Below are positions 16,301 to 26,300 of a stretch of 64,000 nucleotides of DNA, one piece after another. The stretch lies in NCBI GenBank assembly GCA_910577055.1, contig CAJTKX010000005.1, forward strand, positions 116,481 to 180,480, written 5' to 3'. Source of the DNA: an uncultured Christensenella sp. GTDB taxonomy: Bacteria > Bacillota > Clostridia > Christensenellales > Borkfalkiaceae. The translations under genes were made by a program, and so were the position numbers. Positions within the stretch are counted from its first letter, which is position 1, and each line of letters begins with the position of its first letter. The notes under the pieces are model-generated. The model saw nothing but the letters and a program-made list of their open reading frames with translations, searched no databases and was not told the origin of the DNA.

Positions 16301-18945
16301 CGCTTACAGCACGTCACCCCGATGACGACAGCCTTTATATCGATATTGTTTTAATGGACGCAAACCCCGTAACGGGCGCGGACGGCAGAACAACGGGCGG
16401 CTACACGCAAGACGGCAAGTTCGATATTTACCTTTCGGTTTCCAAGTACGCAGAAAATTCCGTACCCCTTATGATTTATGCGCCCGTTGACGAAATCTTA
16501 ACGCTTTTGTCTATGGTCTGCGCAACGGCAAATCTCGACCAAATAAAAGTAGAAAACAGTGAAGAACTAACTTCGATAATCGGTCAAATTTCCGACCTTC
16601 TCGACGGTATGCTCGTCAGCCAATATCTGCCCAAGAGCGTGCAAGACAAATTCGCCTCTCTCGGCGACAGTCTTATACCTCAAATTCTCGGCGTAAGCCT
16701 CGAAGAGCTTTTAAACGGATTGTTCGGCAATATCGATACAACCGTAAAACAAGCCGAAAGCACAAAAATTTCGCTTGCGGACTCTTACGTTTCAAGCATT
16801 ACGGCAACGGACGAAACCTTGAAATTCGTTCTCAACTCTTCGCTTATATATAATAAGGAAAACTTAGACAACCTCACCGTTACTTTCGAAAGGGCGCTTT
16901 ACGAAGGCGTTTACAAAGTAAGCGGTATAAGCGTTGACAATATCTTCTTCGGCGATAACGAAGTTAACAAACTCGATATCTCTATGCAACTCGGCTATGA
17001 CGAAGTAACCCGCCCCAACGCGGACAGCGCATTCGTCGGCTATTTGAACGCCGACGGGCTAGATACGCTTGTCAACGGCTTAATTAACTCCGCAACTCAC
17101 AAAGTTGACGGTACCGAGGACGAATACGACTTAAATCACTACTATCTTTTAAACGGCAAAGTTACCGCGGCGATAAACGTTATCGGTATAAAAGTAAACG
17201 CCAATATCTATATAAAGTCGCTTGCCGTATATATAGACGAAAATAACGAAGTCGCCATAAACGCGCATATCTATTACGATGGAGTTCAACAGTTAAACCA
17301 AATTGCAATTGCGGGCGATTCGGACGTTTATTTGTCAATACAAGGCGGCAACATTTGCATCAAAAGAATACAGTACACCCATTATGAAACGAGCGGCTTA
17401 ATAACCAAAGAAGTTACAGATAATCCCGCAAAGGAGGAAGTCCGCTCGATGACCTTAAAAGAGTTTAGCGACGATTTAATGGATAACTTAACGTTCATCT
17501 TTAACTTCGGACCGGTTATTCTCAATAATATTCCCGATTCGGGTTCTTCCGATAATTCGGGTGTAAGTTTCGACGGACTTGACTTCGGCGCATGCTTAAA
17601 TACCGTTATCGCGGCTTATGTAACAGAAGAAACTTCGACGGGCGCAAGCTGGACGGTTTCGTTAAACGGCGACCTTATTAAAGCTTACACGGGTATGAAA
17701 ACTTCGAATATCCCCGTCAAGTTCAGCGCCGATTTGAACGCCGACGGCACCTACACCGTGAAGAGCCTTGAAATTTTAAAAACCTCGATGGAGCTTTTCG
17801 GCAGCGCAGTCAAGTTGGAGCTTACGGGCAACCTAACTTATTGTAACCCTAACGAGCAGATGGGCGAGGGTTATACGGATACTTCCAAAGACCTCTATAA
17901 TATGAGCGTAACGGTTAACGGCGATTACGAATTACCTTATATCGAAAGTAACTTCACTTGGGCTTGCGGCTCATATGTCAAGCTGCCCGTCGGGGTTGCG
18001 GGCACGTTTGACGGAAACAGCTATATTCTTGACGGCTATACGGCTACTACTCGGATACTCGGTACCCAAAACGTACAGTTTGTAGACTTTGTTGAAGAGG
18101 ACGGCGTACGTTACGGCTTAATCAGACTAATATCCGATACCGAATATACGGCAATATGGAACAAAGCTTATGTTGTGACTTTTGTGGACGAAAACGGTGT
18201 AGAGCTTTACAGTACTTACTATCACGAAAACGAAGTATTGAATTTCGGAAATATGCCCGCTTGTCCCGAGCGTGACGGCTATACGTCGCAGTGGGTCGGC
18301 GAAAACGGGGTAGCTGCAAACGGCTGTGCCGTAACCGAAAATATGACGTTTAAAGTCGAATACACAAAAGCTCCGTTAAAAGTGGCGCTTAACAGTACCG
18401 TTGAATTTAACTATACGGGCTACGACGGAAATTATAAGCTGCTTAACGTCGGTTTTGAAGAAGGCGTAAACTATACCTTAGCCGATGCAACCGCAGAAGG
18501 CTATGCCTTCCTCGGGTGGTGGTATAATGACAACGGCGAATGGAGAAAAATTACTTCCGTTGAAGAGTTTGTCGATGCCGGCGCCGTAAGCTTGGAAGCG
18601 TTGTGGGTAAAAGTAACCGTTAACGGAAGCGGTGTAAATTCGTCAAGCGCAATCAAAAACAATTACTCCGTGTCCGCATCGGTGGGTTATGAATTCAGCG
18701 GCAACGGCAATATCTGTGACGAGTTAAAAATTACTCCTACCAAATATTCGTGGGCAAGTTACAGTTGGGGCACATGGAACAATCGAACCCAAGCGGAAAC
18801 TTCTGAGTTCGGTTACGCATTTAAAAATGAATCCTCGTCCAAGTTTGATACTTACGAAAAGTGGAGAGTAACCGTAGACATAACGGTTGAACTTCCCGAC
18901 GGAACTCAGACAAACTTAACTTTAAGCGATGAAGGTAATTTTTAA
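13363..18945 (+). CDS. giant (1860 aa) type-II membrane-anchored cell-surface protein with C-terminal Listeria-Bacteroides (Flg_new) repeats
   Basis: It has a ~60-aa highly basic cytoplasmic N-terminus, then a single TM helix (VAAVASVGVVGAIAVVGVGFL). The large ectodomain carries two degenerate ~170-aa internal repeats (IPTDTSDYQDILNDGITFDV / LPPDVSGYKDILNTDITLDV). Two C-terminal repeats of the YTVTFVDENG...GYTSQW / GYAFLGWWY type follow. Confidence 0.75.
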   Translation: MAKRTKKTQLEGLHEVKGAGYTETKKVKRDKTVNRRAGLHDKIKKSEGEVRVKRRKPLGLKHVRRMRKVAAVASVGVVGAIAVVGVGFLAPAKDVQRDEDFKTVCLVAPTDGTKPTDHTLVENVGYMNYVLQNQPYWSSVGKSTVIANVGVSSTQTVDTYKQYYNDVLIQTDIALNSTLASLNYGEQFCQTDGVVLTRKSTSKSEEELKRGVNAPWSAGPATGWTVKGFKANRGFPPYEFSVYVLNEKTIANAQDYTVVDNQDGTYSMTLELNVNTGVDETSAEYYYVLQMKANGNLYDLPTIFKTTVTYTFDENWRVLSCESGDTNKTTPSLGLTANCTSNSKTSYYYDEASAKNTFWEDYYKGEYDRQKDALKDDETASEGNADTAFGYLSSAFASVLSEGAVFKIDLNIDELDLSGVVSVEMADSSLSGLTAKLGDFLAWLDGDTLYITDGSSKYKLNIGGLFSSDESGEEGINAQGLTDGLDVNALMEQMTDGEFVVDAETGVATLVSEVELFGLKIDMQFEFQKSESGIALNFLKAQIPLGDKTVNAQLCFGTESDKPAIPTDTSDYQDILNDGITFDVNAEIDGLALDGIAKIFMRDGQPFAVDAILGNFEVYYNCPRNMLYLSAAEAKYSLDLSKIKTGDTDISAILGNIDFKSILNNLTTGEGSLGSSFLINIDALESLLEVAFNVKLNGGLTVGADLTLGNHSVSLTAALTNKKLLPPDVSGYKDILNTDITLDVSATLLTGLYDSQTGTRDEVTLNGKVALCLSNGKLNEIRADFGGLAIYYEFAANSLYLKVGTTKALIRLDEISVNDLNSLSLGSAFLSEDLPTVINELLNNLVIESKIISVDVNLNVMDALVPVWAELDLENLSVRAGFTVFGVDAALSVGLSNTPLYGLSEEEKEEYIDVVKDGFKIIDNLIGDHISATVQGSVFSYEDKYGDYDNEKYSFGASLEYDKGAENFDENKAYVHLNVALTARHPDDDSLYIDIVLMDANPVTGADGRTTGGYTQDGKFDIYLSVSKYAENSVPLMIYAPVDEILTLLSMVCATANLDQIKVENSEELTSIIGQISDLLDGMLVSQYLPKSVQDKFASLGDSLIPQILGVSLEELLNGLFGNIDTTVKQAESTKISLADSYVSSITATDETLKFVLNSSLIYNKENLDNLTVTFERALYEGVYKVSGISVDNIFFGDNEVNKLDISMQLGYDEVTRPNADSAFVGYLNADGLDTLVNGLINSATHKVDGTEDEYDLNHYYLLNGKVTAAINVIGIKVNANIYIKSLAVYIDENNEVAINAHIYYDGVQQLNQIAIAGDSDVYLSIQGGNICIKRIQYTHYETSGLITKEVTDNPAKEEVRSMTLKEFSDDLMDNLTFIFNFGPVILNNIPDSGSSDNSGVSFDGLDFGACLNTVIAAYVTEETSTGASWTVSLNGDLIKAYTGMKTSNIPVKFSADLNADGTYTVKSLEILKTSMELFGSAVKLELTGNLTYCNPNEQMGEGYTDTSKDLYNMSVTVNGDYELPYIESNFTWACGSYVKLPVGVAGTFDGNSYILDGYTATTRILGTQNVQFVDFVEEDGVRYGLIRLISDTEYTAIWNKAYVVTFVDENGVELYSTYYHENEVLNFGNMPACPERDGYTSQWVGENGVAANGCAVTENMTFKVEYTKAPLKVALNSTVEFNYTGYDGNYKLLNVGFEEGVNYTLADATAEGYAFLGWWYNDNGEWRKITSVEEFVDAGAVSLEALWVKVTVNGSGVNSSSAIKNNYSVSASVGYEFSGNGNICDELKITPTKYSWASYSWGTWNNRTQAETSEFGYAFKNESSSKFDTYEKWRVTVDITVELPDGTQTNLTLSDEGNF

Positions 18946-18947
18946 AA

Positions 18948-18990
18948 GTAGTGCGCGGCAATTTGCCACGCACTATTAATTTTTGTATAC
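18948..18990 (+). terminator. probable rho-independent terminator after giant gene
   Basis: The imperfect hairpin agtgcgcggcaa-tt-tgccacgcact is followed by attaattttt. Confidence 0.4.
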
Positions 18991-19043
18991 CCATAAAAAA
19001 ATCGCTTGTAATTTTTCGGGTAAGTTGATATAATTATTATATT

Positions 19044-19484
19044 ATGAAAGAAAAAGACGAAGTTTCGGTGCAAAAAGCCGCTTTCAAAAGCGTTTCAATG
19101 CGCGCCTTGGATATTTTTTCGGGCGTAGTCCTATTTATAGTCACAAGTTGGCTTATTCTTTTGTGCGCGCTCGTAAAATTCTGCGAAGATTTTCACAACC
19201 CTTTTTACGCGGGTAAGCGTATATCGAGAAAGGGCAAGGAATACAAGCATTTCAAAATTCGCACTATGTGCATACATGCGGACGAGCTTGAAAAACAGCT
19301 TATCGAAGCCGACTTGAACGAGTCAACGGAAATTCCTTTCAGAATGACCAACGACCCTAGGATAACCCCCGTCGGCAAGTTTTTAAGAAGATACTATCTT
19401 GACAGATTCCCCGCTTTTTTAAACGTTATTGCGGGACAAATAACAATTTTCGATATTTTCGCAAAGCGCGAAGAAGTATTATAA
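19044..19484 (+). pseudogene. truncated bacterial sugar transferase (WbaP/EpsL C-terminal domain family) lacking the catalytic GPRP...E segment
   Basis: The TM helix plus FKIRTM...NDPRITPVGKFLRR motifs are present. The ORF ends 50-60 aa early with no alternative frame continuing, and a terminator follows directly. Confidence 0.5.
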
Positions 19485-19497
19485 GCCACATACACAA

Positions 19498-19527
19498 AGC
19501 CCCGCGGCGTACGCCGCGGGGCTTTTT
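19498..19527. terminator. bidirectional terminator (sugar-transferase remnant / radA)
   Basis: The stem gccccgcggcg-ta-cgccgcggggc is followed by T5. Confidence 0.75.
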
Positions 19528-19530
19528 AAA

Positions 19531-20889
19531 TCAACTTTTAAACAAATTTTTAATCATTGTGTTTACATACAGAACGGGCACTATCGAAATTTTATCTTTA
19601 AATTTCAATACGGACTTCATATTTTTAGCGGGCACCAATATTTTCCTAAATCCCATTTTCACACATTCGGCAACCCGCTTTTCGCAGTATGAAACCGCCC
19701 GTACTTCGCCCGTCAAGCCCACTTCGCCGAACACCGCCGTGTACTTGTCAATCGGTTGCCCGAAATACGCCGAAGCTAACGCGGCGCAAACCGCCAAATC
19801 GCAAGCGGGTTCGTTCAGCTTGATTCCGCCCATCGCGTTAACGTAAATATCGTACCCGCCGAGCGCAAGATTGCACCGCTTTTCCATAACGGCAATAAGC
19901 AGCACCAACTTATTATAATCTATCCCAAGCGGCATTCTCCGCGGCTGCCCGAAGCTCGTTTTTGCAACCAAAGTCTGCACTTCTACGTTCATACATCGCG
20001 CGCCCGTTTGCGCGGGAGTTACGGCAGAGCCCGCCTCTTCGCCGCGGCTTTCGGATAGGAACACTCCCGAATAATCGGTAACCGCAATAATTCCCTCGCC
20101 CGTCATCTCGAAGACGCCCACTTCCGAAACGTTCCCGAATCTGTTTTTAACTGCCCGAAGTATACGAAAATTCTCTTGGTTTTCCCCCTCGAAATACAGC
20201 ACGGTGTCCATAATATGTTCAAGCACCTTTGGACCCGCCAACGCGCCCTCTTTTGTAACGTGCCCAACAATAAAAAACGTTATCCCGCGCCCTTTTGCAA
20301 TACGCATAAGTTTCGAGGCGCACTCCCGCACTTGACCTACCGACCCCGAAGAGGAGGATAGGTCGTCCGTATAAACCGCTTGAATACTGTCTATTATGCA
20401 AAACTCAACGCCGTCAAGCTCGCTTTCAAGCCCGTCAATGCAAGTTTCGTTAATAATCAGCATATCTCCAGAGGCAAGGTTAAGCCTCTCGGCGCGCATC
20501 TTCACTTGTGAACAGCTTTCCTCGGCGGAAAAATACAGCACCTTATGCTTAGCCGAAAGATGCGCCGCAATCTGCGTCAAAAGGGTGGACTTGCCTATGC
20601 CGGGGTCGCCGCCCAACAGCACTAACGAGCCGGCTACAATTCCCCCGCCCAAAACGTTGTCGAACTCCGAAATCCCCGATGAAGTGCGCTCATATCTTTC
20701 ATATGTAATTTGAGAAAGCGGCTTCGCGCGCCCGCCTTTTGCCTTAACCGTTTGTGTTTTCGGCTCGGCGGGTTTCACTATTTCTTCAACCATAGTGTTG
20801 AACTTCCCGCATGCGGGGCATCTTCCCAACCAACGCGGGCTTGAAGCTCCGCAATCGCTGCACACAAATTCAGTAGTACTTTTCGCCAT
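19531..20889 (-). CDS. radA: DNA repair protein RadA/Sms
   Basis: It has an N-terminal C4 zinc finger (CSDCGASSPRWLGRCPACGKF), a Walker A GDPGIGKST, KNRFG, and a Lon-like C-terminal domain. Confidence 0.95.
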   Translation of the reverse strand: MAKSTTEFVCSDCGASSPRWLGRCPACGKFNTMVEEIVKPAEPKTQTVKAKGGRAKPLSQITYERYERTSSGISEFDNVLGGGIVAGSLVLLGGDPGIGKSTLLTQIAAHLSAKHKVLYFSAEESCSQVKMRAERLNLASGDMLIINETCIDGLESELDGVEFCIIDSIQAVYTDDLSSSSGSVGQVRECASKLMRIAKGRGITFFIVGHVTKEGALAGPKVLEHIMDTVLYFEGENQENFRILRAVKNRFGNVSEVGVFEMTGEGIIAVTDYSGVFLSESRGEEAGSAVTPAQTGARCMNVEVQTLVAKTSFGQPRRMPLGIDYNKLVLLIAVMEKRCNLALGGYDIYVNAMGGIKLNEPACDLAVCAALASAYFGQPIDKYTAVFGEVGLTGEVRAVSYCEKRVAECVKMGFRKILVPAKNMKSVLKFKDKISIVPVLYVNTMIKNLFKS

Positions 20890-20905
20890 AAATTTTTTTC
20901 CTTAT

Positions 20906-21628
20906 TTACAAATCGCCGAACGGTGAGGGGGCGGAGGTATTGTTTCTTGCAAGCTCGTCGTAGTTATTCGCCTTGCCGAAAACTTCCTTCAACGCGTTTA
21001 AAAGCCCTTCTTTATCCGTGCTGCAAGTTTTCAAGTCCAAATAAATAAAGCTTTTACCGTCCGCGCCCGTAACGGTTAATCCTTTTTTCTTAATCTTTAT
21101 ATCGTGCCTTGCGTACCAACCCTTATACACGCGGTGCATATCGTCAATGGGTATGTAAACGTCGCCCCAAGCTCCGTTGGCAATTCCGTTTACATACATA
21201 TCGCCGTTAACCATAAAAAACTCGGCTCTAATTCTTGAATTTTTAATGGTATAAACGCCCACGCCGAACACAGCCGCAAACGCAGTCGCGCCCAAGTATC
21301 CTGCGGCGTTATGCACTCCTTCCGCTTTATCCGTCGCCTTGTTGCCGTAATAGCCTTGCACATAAACTCCGCTACCCATATTTTTATAGCGTTGAATAAC
21401 GGCGGAACTTCTTTTATAAACCTTTCTGCCCAAATGCAGATAAATGCTTGCAAATATAAGGGGTACAAGTCCTATAAAAATTCCCCAGCTCGCCAAATCT
21501 TGATAAAGCTTGTTATTCGCCGTATTTATTATTTTCGCCGAGGTCAACGCAAACACGACGGCAGCCGCCGCAACAACCGCGGCGGAAACGGCGATTATAA
21601 TTATGTACTTTGTGGTTTTAGGTTTCAA
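20906..21628 (-). CDS. hypothetical membrane protein (2-3 TM helices)
   Basis: This 240-aa ORF lies between ispDF and radA, where disA/yacL-type genes often sit in Firmicutes. I recognise no motif. Confidence 0.4.
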   Translation of the reverse strand: MKPKTTKYIIIIAVSAAVVAAAAVVFALTSAKIINTANNKLYQDLASWGIFIGLVPLIFASIYLHLGRKVYKRSSAVIQRYKNMGSGVYVQGYYGNKATDKAEGVHNAAGYLGATAFAAVFGVGVYTIKNSRIRAEFFMVNGDMYVNGIANGAWGDVYIPIDDMHRVYKGWYARHDIKIKKKGLTVTGADGKSFIYLDLKTCSTDKEGLLNALKEVFGKANNYDELARNNTSAPSPFGDL

Positions 21629-21629
21629 T

Positions 21630-22763
21630 TTACGCCTCGTTTAAGGTTGCCACCGCGTACACACAAATTCCAAGCTCTTCGCCTACAAACCCCAAGCCCT
21701 CGTTTGTACCCGCTGCAACCGCAATATTTTTTTCGTCCGCGCCCGTTAAGCAAGCAAGCCGTGCCGCCATTTTGTCTATATGCGGCGCAAGCCTCGGCTT
21801 TTCTGCTTGTATCGTCACCGAAAGCCGAGCAACCTTTAAACCCTTTTCGCCTATCAACGCAACCACCTTTTCAAGCAGCTTTCCGCTGTCCGCGCCCTTC
21901 AAGGCGGGGTCGCTATCGGGGAAGTAGTGCCCTATATCCAAAAGTCCCGCCGCCGACAGACAAGCGTCCATAACCGCGTGCAACGCAACGTCGCCGTCGC
22001 TGTGCGCAACAAGCCCCCCGTCGCACGGCACTCTAACGCCGCAAAGCATAACAAAATTCTGCTTTTTCCCGAACGCGTGCACATCCACGCCAAACCCCGT
22101 CAGCCCGCCGACGGGTAAGGGGGGCAGTTCCCGCAAAAAATCGCTTTTAAAGGTTAGCTTAATGTTGCTTTCTTCGCCGTCTATAATTCGCGCCGGCTCG
22201 ATAAACTCTCCGTAAACCGCGCTGTCGTCTGTGTAAACGTTTTTACCCGCAAGCTCGTAGGCGCGGCGAATATCTTCCGTAAAAAACCCTTGCGGCGTCT
22301 GAACTCGGAAAGTCGCCTCTCTGTCCAACCTCTCAGTAATATAGCCCAACCTCGCGCAAACAGCGGTATCCGTAAGTTTCACCGCACACACCGCGCTACC
22401 GAATTTCTTTACCCCGTCAACACAGCTTAAAATCAGCTTTTTCGAAACGAACGGTCGCGCCCCGTCGTGAATTAAAACTATTTCGCCCGTAACTTCGGCA
22501 AGCGCTTTTTTTACGCTTTCCGTGCGCGTTTTTCCGCCTAAAACAACCTTATAGCCAAGCGGAGCGCAAAGCGCGCAAACTTCCTCGAAATCAACTTCGG
22601 ATGCGGTCACAATCACCTCGTCAATTTCGGGAATATCGAATTTTTTCAAAGTATGCCAAAGCGCCGGCGCGCCGTAAAGGGGAGCAAGCAGCTTATTTTT
22701 TTTAAAGCCCGCCCGTTCGCCCTTGCCCGCCGCACAGATAATAACGCTAACTTTATCTTTCAT
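21630..22763 (-). CDS. ispDF: bifunctional 2-C-methyl-D-erythritol 4-phosphate cytidylyltransferase / 2-C-methyl-D-erythritol 2,4-cyclodiphosphate synthase (IspD-IspF fusion)
   Basis: The N-terminus is VIICAAGKGERAG (IspD). The C-terminus has GVDVHAF...HSDGDV...LLDIGHYFPD (the IspF zinc/substrate motifs). Confidence 0.85.
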   Translation of the reverse strand: MKDKVSVIICAAGKGERAGFKKNKLLAPLYGAPALWHTLKKFDIPEIDEVIVTASEVDFEEVCALCAPLGYKVVLGGKTRTESVKKALAEVTGEIVLIHDGARPFVSKKLILSCVDGVKKFGSAVCAVKLTDTAVCARLGYITERLDREATFRVQTPQGFFTEDIRRAYELAGKNVYTDDSAVYGEFIEPARIIDGEESNIKLTFKSDFLRELPPLPVGGLTGFGVDVHAFGKKQNFVMLCGVRVPCDGGLVAHSDGDVALHAVMDACLSAAGLLDIGHYFPDSDPALKGADSGKLLEKVVALIGEKGLKVARLSVTIQAEKPRLAPHIDKMAARLACLTGADEKNIAVAAGTNEGLGFVGEELGICVYAVATLNEA

Positions 22764-23013
22764 CGCCGCCCTCGCTTATAATCTCGTATAGCGTTGCCGC
22801 CTCGTCCTTTTTTACGGTTTCCTTAATATTCAAAATTCTGAATTTCACCGCGCCGCCCGTAAATTTCAGCTCCACAACGTCGCCAACTTTCACGGGGCGG
22901 GCGGGCTTAACTTCTTTACCGTTTACGATAACCTTGCCCTTATCGCACGCTTGCTGCGCCAAGGTGCGGCGCTTTAAAATTCTCGATACCTTTAAAAATT
23001 TATCAATTCTCAT
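22753..23013 (-). CDS. S4-domain RNA-binding protein (YaaA/Hsp15-like)
   Basis: MRIDKFLKVSRILKRRTLAQQACDKGKVIVNGK... is 86 aa and overlaps the ispDF start. Confidence 0.75.
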   Translation of the reverse strand: MRIDKFLKVSRILKRRTLAQQACDKGKVIVNGKEVKPARPVKVGDVVELKFTGGAVKFRILNIKETVKKDEAATLYEIISEGGDER

Positions 23014-23032
23014 AATTTTTTACAAAATTGCT

Positions 23033-23060
23033 TGACTGTATTGCAATCGTGCTGTACAAT
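23033..23060 (+). promoter_or_regulatory. rpoB promoter (TTGACT-16/17-TACAAT) with ~250-nt leader
   Basis: The hexamers are near consensus. No rplKAJL lies upstream. Confidence 0.4.
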
Positions 23061-23313
23061 AATAAACTGAACTAAAATGCAGTTTTAGCGCAAATTTTAC
23101 TTTTTTGGCAAAAATTTACGCAAAAATGCGACTGATTTCGCCCCTTTTTTCAAGCAAATTCTTTAAACATTATATATTATAATGCAACAAAAGTAAAGGG
23201 CTAAATAAAAGATTTTGAAATTGTAAGATTTTTTCCGGTGAAAAGATATAAACGGATAATCGCCACAATGTGAAATATATTCAAGGCAGAAAAGCCAAAA
23301 AGGAGTTCTTTTA

Positions 23314-26300
23314 ATGAATTTACCAATTCACAAGTATGGCAAAACCGAAAGGAGAAAGTTCGGTAAGATAAACGAAGTTATAGACGTTCCCGACCTTGTA
23401 GAAATACAAAGGTCAAGCTATGACGCGTTTATGAACGAGGGTATAGCCGAAGTATTCGAAGACTTTATGCCCATAACCGACTATTCCGACCATTACGAGC
23501 TGTATTTCCTCGAACATTGGTTTGACGAAAAGCCCAAGTATGACGAGAAGGAGTGCCGCAACCGCGACGCTACTTACGCGCTTCCCATGCACGTCAAAGT
23601 TAGGCTTGTAAACAAGGTAAAGGACGAGGTTATCGACCAGCCCGTGTTTATGGGCGAGTTCCCCCTTATGACGGACAGCGGCTCGTTCATCATTAACGGC
23701 GCCGAGCGTGTAATCGTTTCTCAGCTCGTCCGTTCGCCCGGTTCTTACAACGCTTCCACGCGGGACAAGACCGGTAAGGAAATTTTCGGCACTACGGTTA
23801 TCCCCAACCGCGGCGCTTGGCTTGAATTCGAGCAAGACGCGCAAGGCGTTTTGTGGGTTCACGTAGACAGAAAGCGTAAAATTTGCGCAACCGTACTTTT
23901 GCGCGCTCTCGGCTTCGGCTCCGATAGGGCGCTTTTAGACTTGTTCGCAAACGATAAAATGATTGAAAACACCATCGCAAAGGATACCACCAAGTCCGAA
24001 AGCGACGGTCTTATCGAGCTGTACAGAAGATTGCGCCCCGGCGAAGTTCCCACCGAAGCTTCCGTTCGTCAGCACTTAAACAACTTATTCTTTGACCCTC
24101 GCCGTTACGACGTGGTAAAGGTCGGCAGATACAAGTTCAACAAAAAGCTCAATTTGTCATATAGGCTTATCGGCTGCAAACTTGCAGAGGACGTCATCAG
24201 TCCCGAAACGGGCGAAATTTTAGGTCACGCCGGCGAAGTCGTTTCGGAAGCTAAGGCTATCGAAATGCAAGACAGCGGCGTTAACGAGGTATTCGTTCTC
24301 GTTTCCGACCACGCTCAAGGCGAAATCAAACACAAAATTATCGCAAACAACACCGTCAACTTCTCTGCTCTTTCGGACAAGGGTCACAAGCTTTTCGGAC
24401 TTTTGCCCACCGTTTACTATCCCAACTTTAAGTTTATGCAGAAGATAGCGGCAGAGTGCGAGGGTGCAAAAGTTGAGGAAGTTGCGGAAAAATTCCGCGA
24501 CGAAATCAACGCAATTTACTACACGGCCGAAACACCCGAAACCGCGGACGAAAAGCCCGAGGACAAGAAGAATAGGGAAAAGCGCCGTGAAACGCGTATC
24601 CGCTTTGTTGCGGGCTGCCAAAAGTTCAACGAACTTTTCAACGACCCCAACTTGACCGAAATCAGCGCCGAGGACAAAAAGACCATTAAGCCCGTCGTTG
24701 AAAAACTCAATCACAAGCACATCACCGTTGACGATATAGTTGCGGCAATCTCGTCCAATATCGACTTGCAGTACGGCATCGGCACCATCGACAATATCGA
24801 CCACCTCGGCAACCGCCGTGTTCGTTCCGTCGGCGAACTTCTTCAAAACCAACTGCGTATAGGTATCGCAAGGCTTGAAAAGCTCATCAAAGAGCGTATG
24901 GCAACCCAGGACGCAATGGAAGTAACTCCTTCGGGTCTTGTCAACGTTCGTCCCGTTACCGCGGTTATTCGTGAGTTCTTCGGTTCTTCGCAACTTTCGC
25001 AATTCATGGACCAAACCAACCCCGCTGCGGAGCTAACCCACAAGCGTAAGCTTTCCGCGCTCGGCCCCGGCGGACTTAACCGTGACAGAGCAACTTTCGA
25101 AGTCCGCGACGTTCACCACTCGCACTACGGCAGACTCTGCCCCATAGAAACTCCCGAAGGTCAGAACATAGGTCTTATTTCTTCGCTTGCAACCTTCTCC
25201 AAGGTCAACGAGTACGGCTTTATTATGAGCCCTTACAGAAAGGTAGAGCACACCTACGATAAAGAGGGCAAGGTTATCGACACTTGGGTAACCGACCACG
25301 TCGATTACCTCACCGCAGACGAAGAGGACAGATACATCGTCGCGCAAGCGAACGAGCCTTTGGATATAACCAACCGTTTCCAAAACGACCATATCGGTTG
25401 CCGCCACCGCGATTTAATCACGCAGTACACGGCGGACAAAATGGACTATATGGACGTAAGCCCCAAGCAGCTCGTATCGGTTGCTACCGCGCTTATTCCC
25501 TTCCTTGAAAACGACGATACCAACCGTGCGTTGATGGGCTCGAACATGCAGCGTCAAGCAGTTCCCCTTATGAAGACGGAAAGCGCAATCGTCGCAACGG
25601 GTATCGAGGCGGCTATCGCGCGCGACAGCGGCGTTATGGTCCGCGCAAAGAACGCGGGCGTTGCCGTCGGCGTATCTTCGGACTGCATCAAAATTCAAGA
25701 AGAAAACGGTCTTATCGCCGAATATCCTTTAAAGAAATTCGCGCGTTCCAACCAAGGCACTTGCTTAAATCAGCGCCCCATAGTCAACACGGGCGACAAG
25801 GTTGAGGCGGGTGAAATCATCGCCGACGGTCCCGCGACCAACAACGGCGAGCTTGCCCTCGGTAAAAACATTCTCATCGGTTATATGGAGTGGGAAGGTT
25901 ACAACTACGAGGACGCAATTCTCATTTCCGAAAAACTCGTTCAAGACGACGTATTCACTTCAATCCATATCGAAGAGCACGAAACCGAGGCAAGGGATAC
26001 CAAGCTCGGCGCGGAAGAAATCACAAGGGATATTCCCAACGTTTCCGAAGACGCGCTTAAAGATTTGGACGCAGACGGCATTATCCGCGTCGGCGCGGAA
26101 GTTCAGCCCGGCGATATCCTCGTCGGCAAGGTAACCCCCAAGGGCGAAACCGAGCTCACCCCCGAAGAAAGACTTCTTAGGGCAATCTTCGGCGAAAAAT
26201 CTCGTGAGGTTAGGGATACTTCCCTCAAAGTTCCTCACGGCGAGGGCGGTATAGTCGTAGACGTCAAGATATTCACCCGTGAAAACAAGGACGAGCTTTC

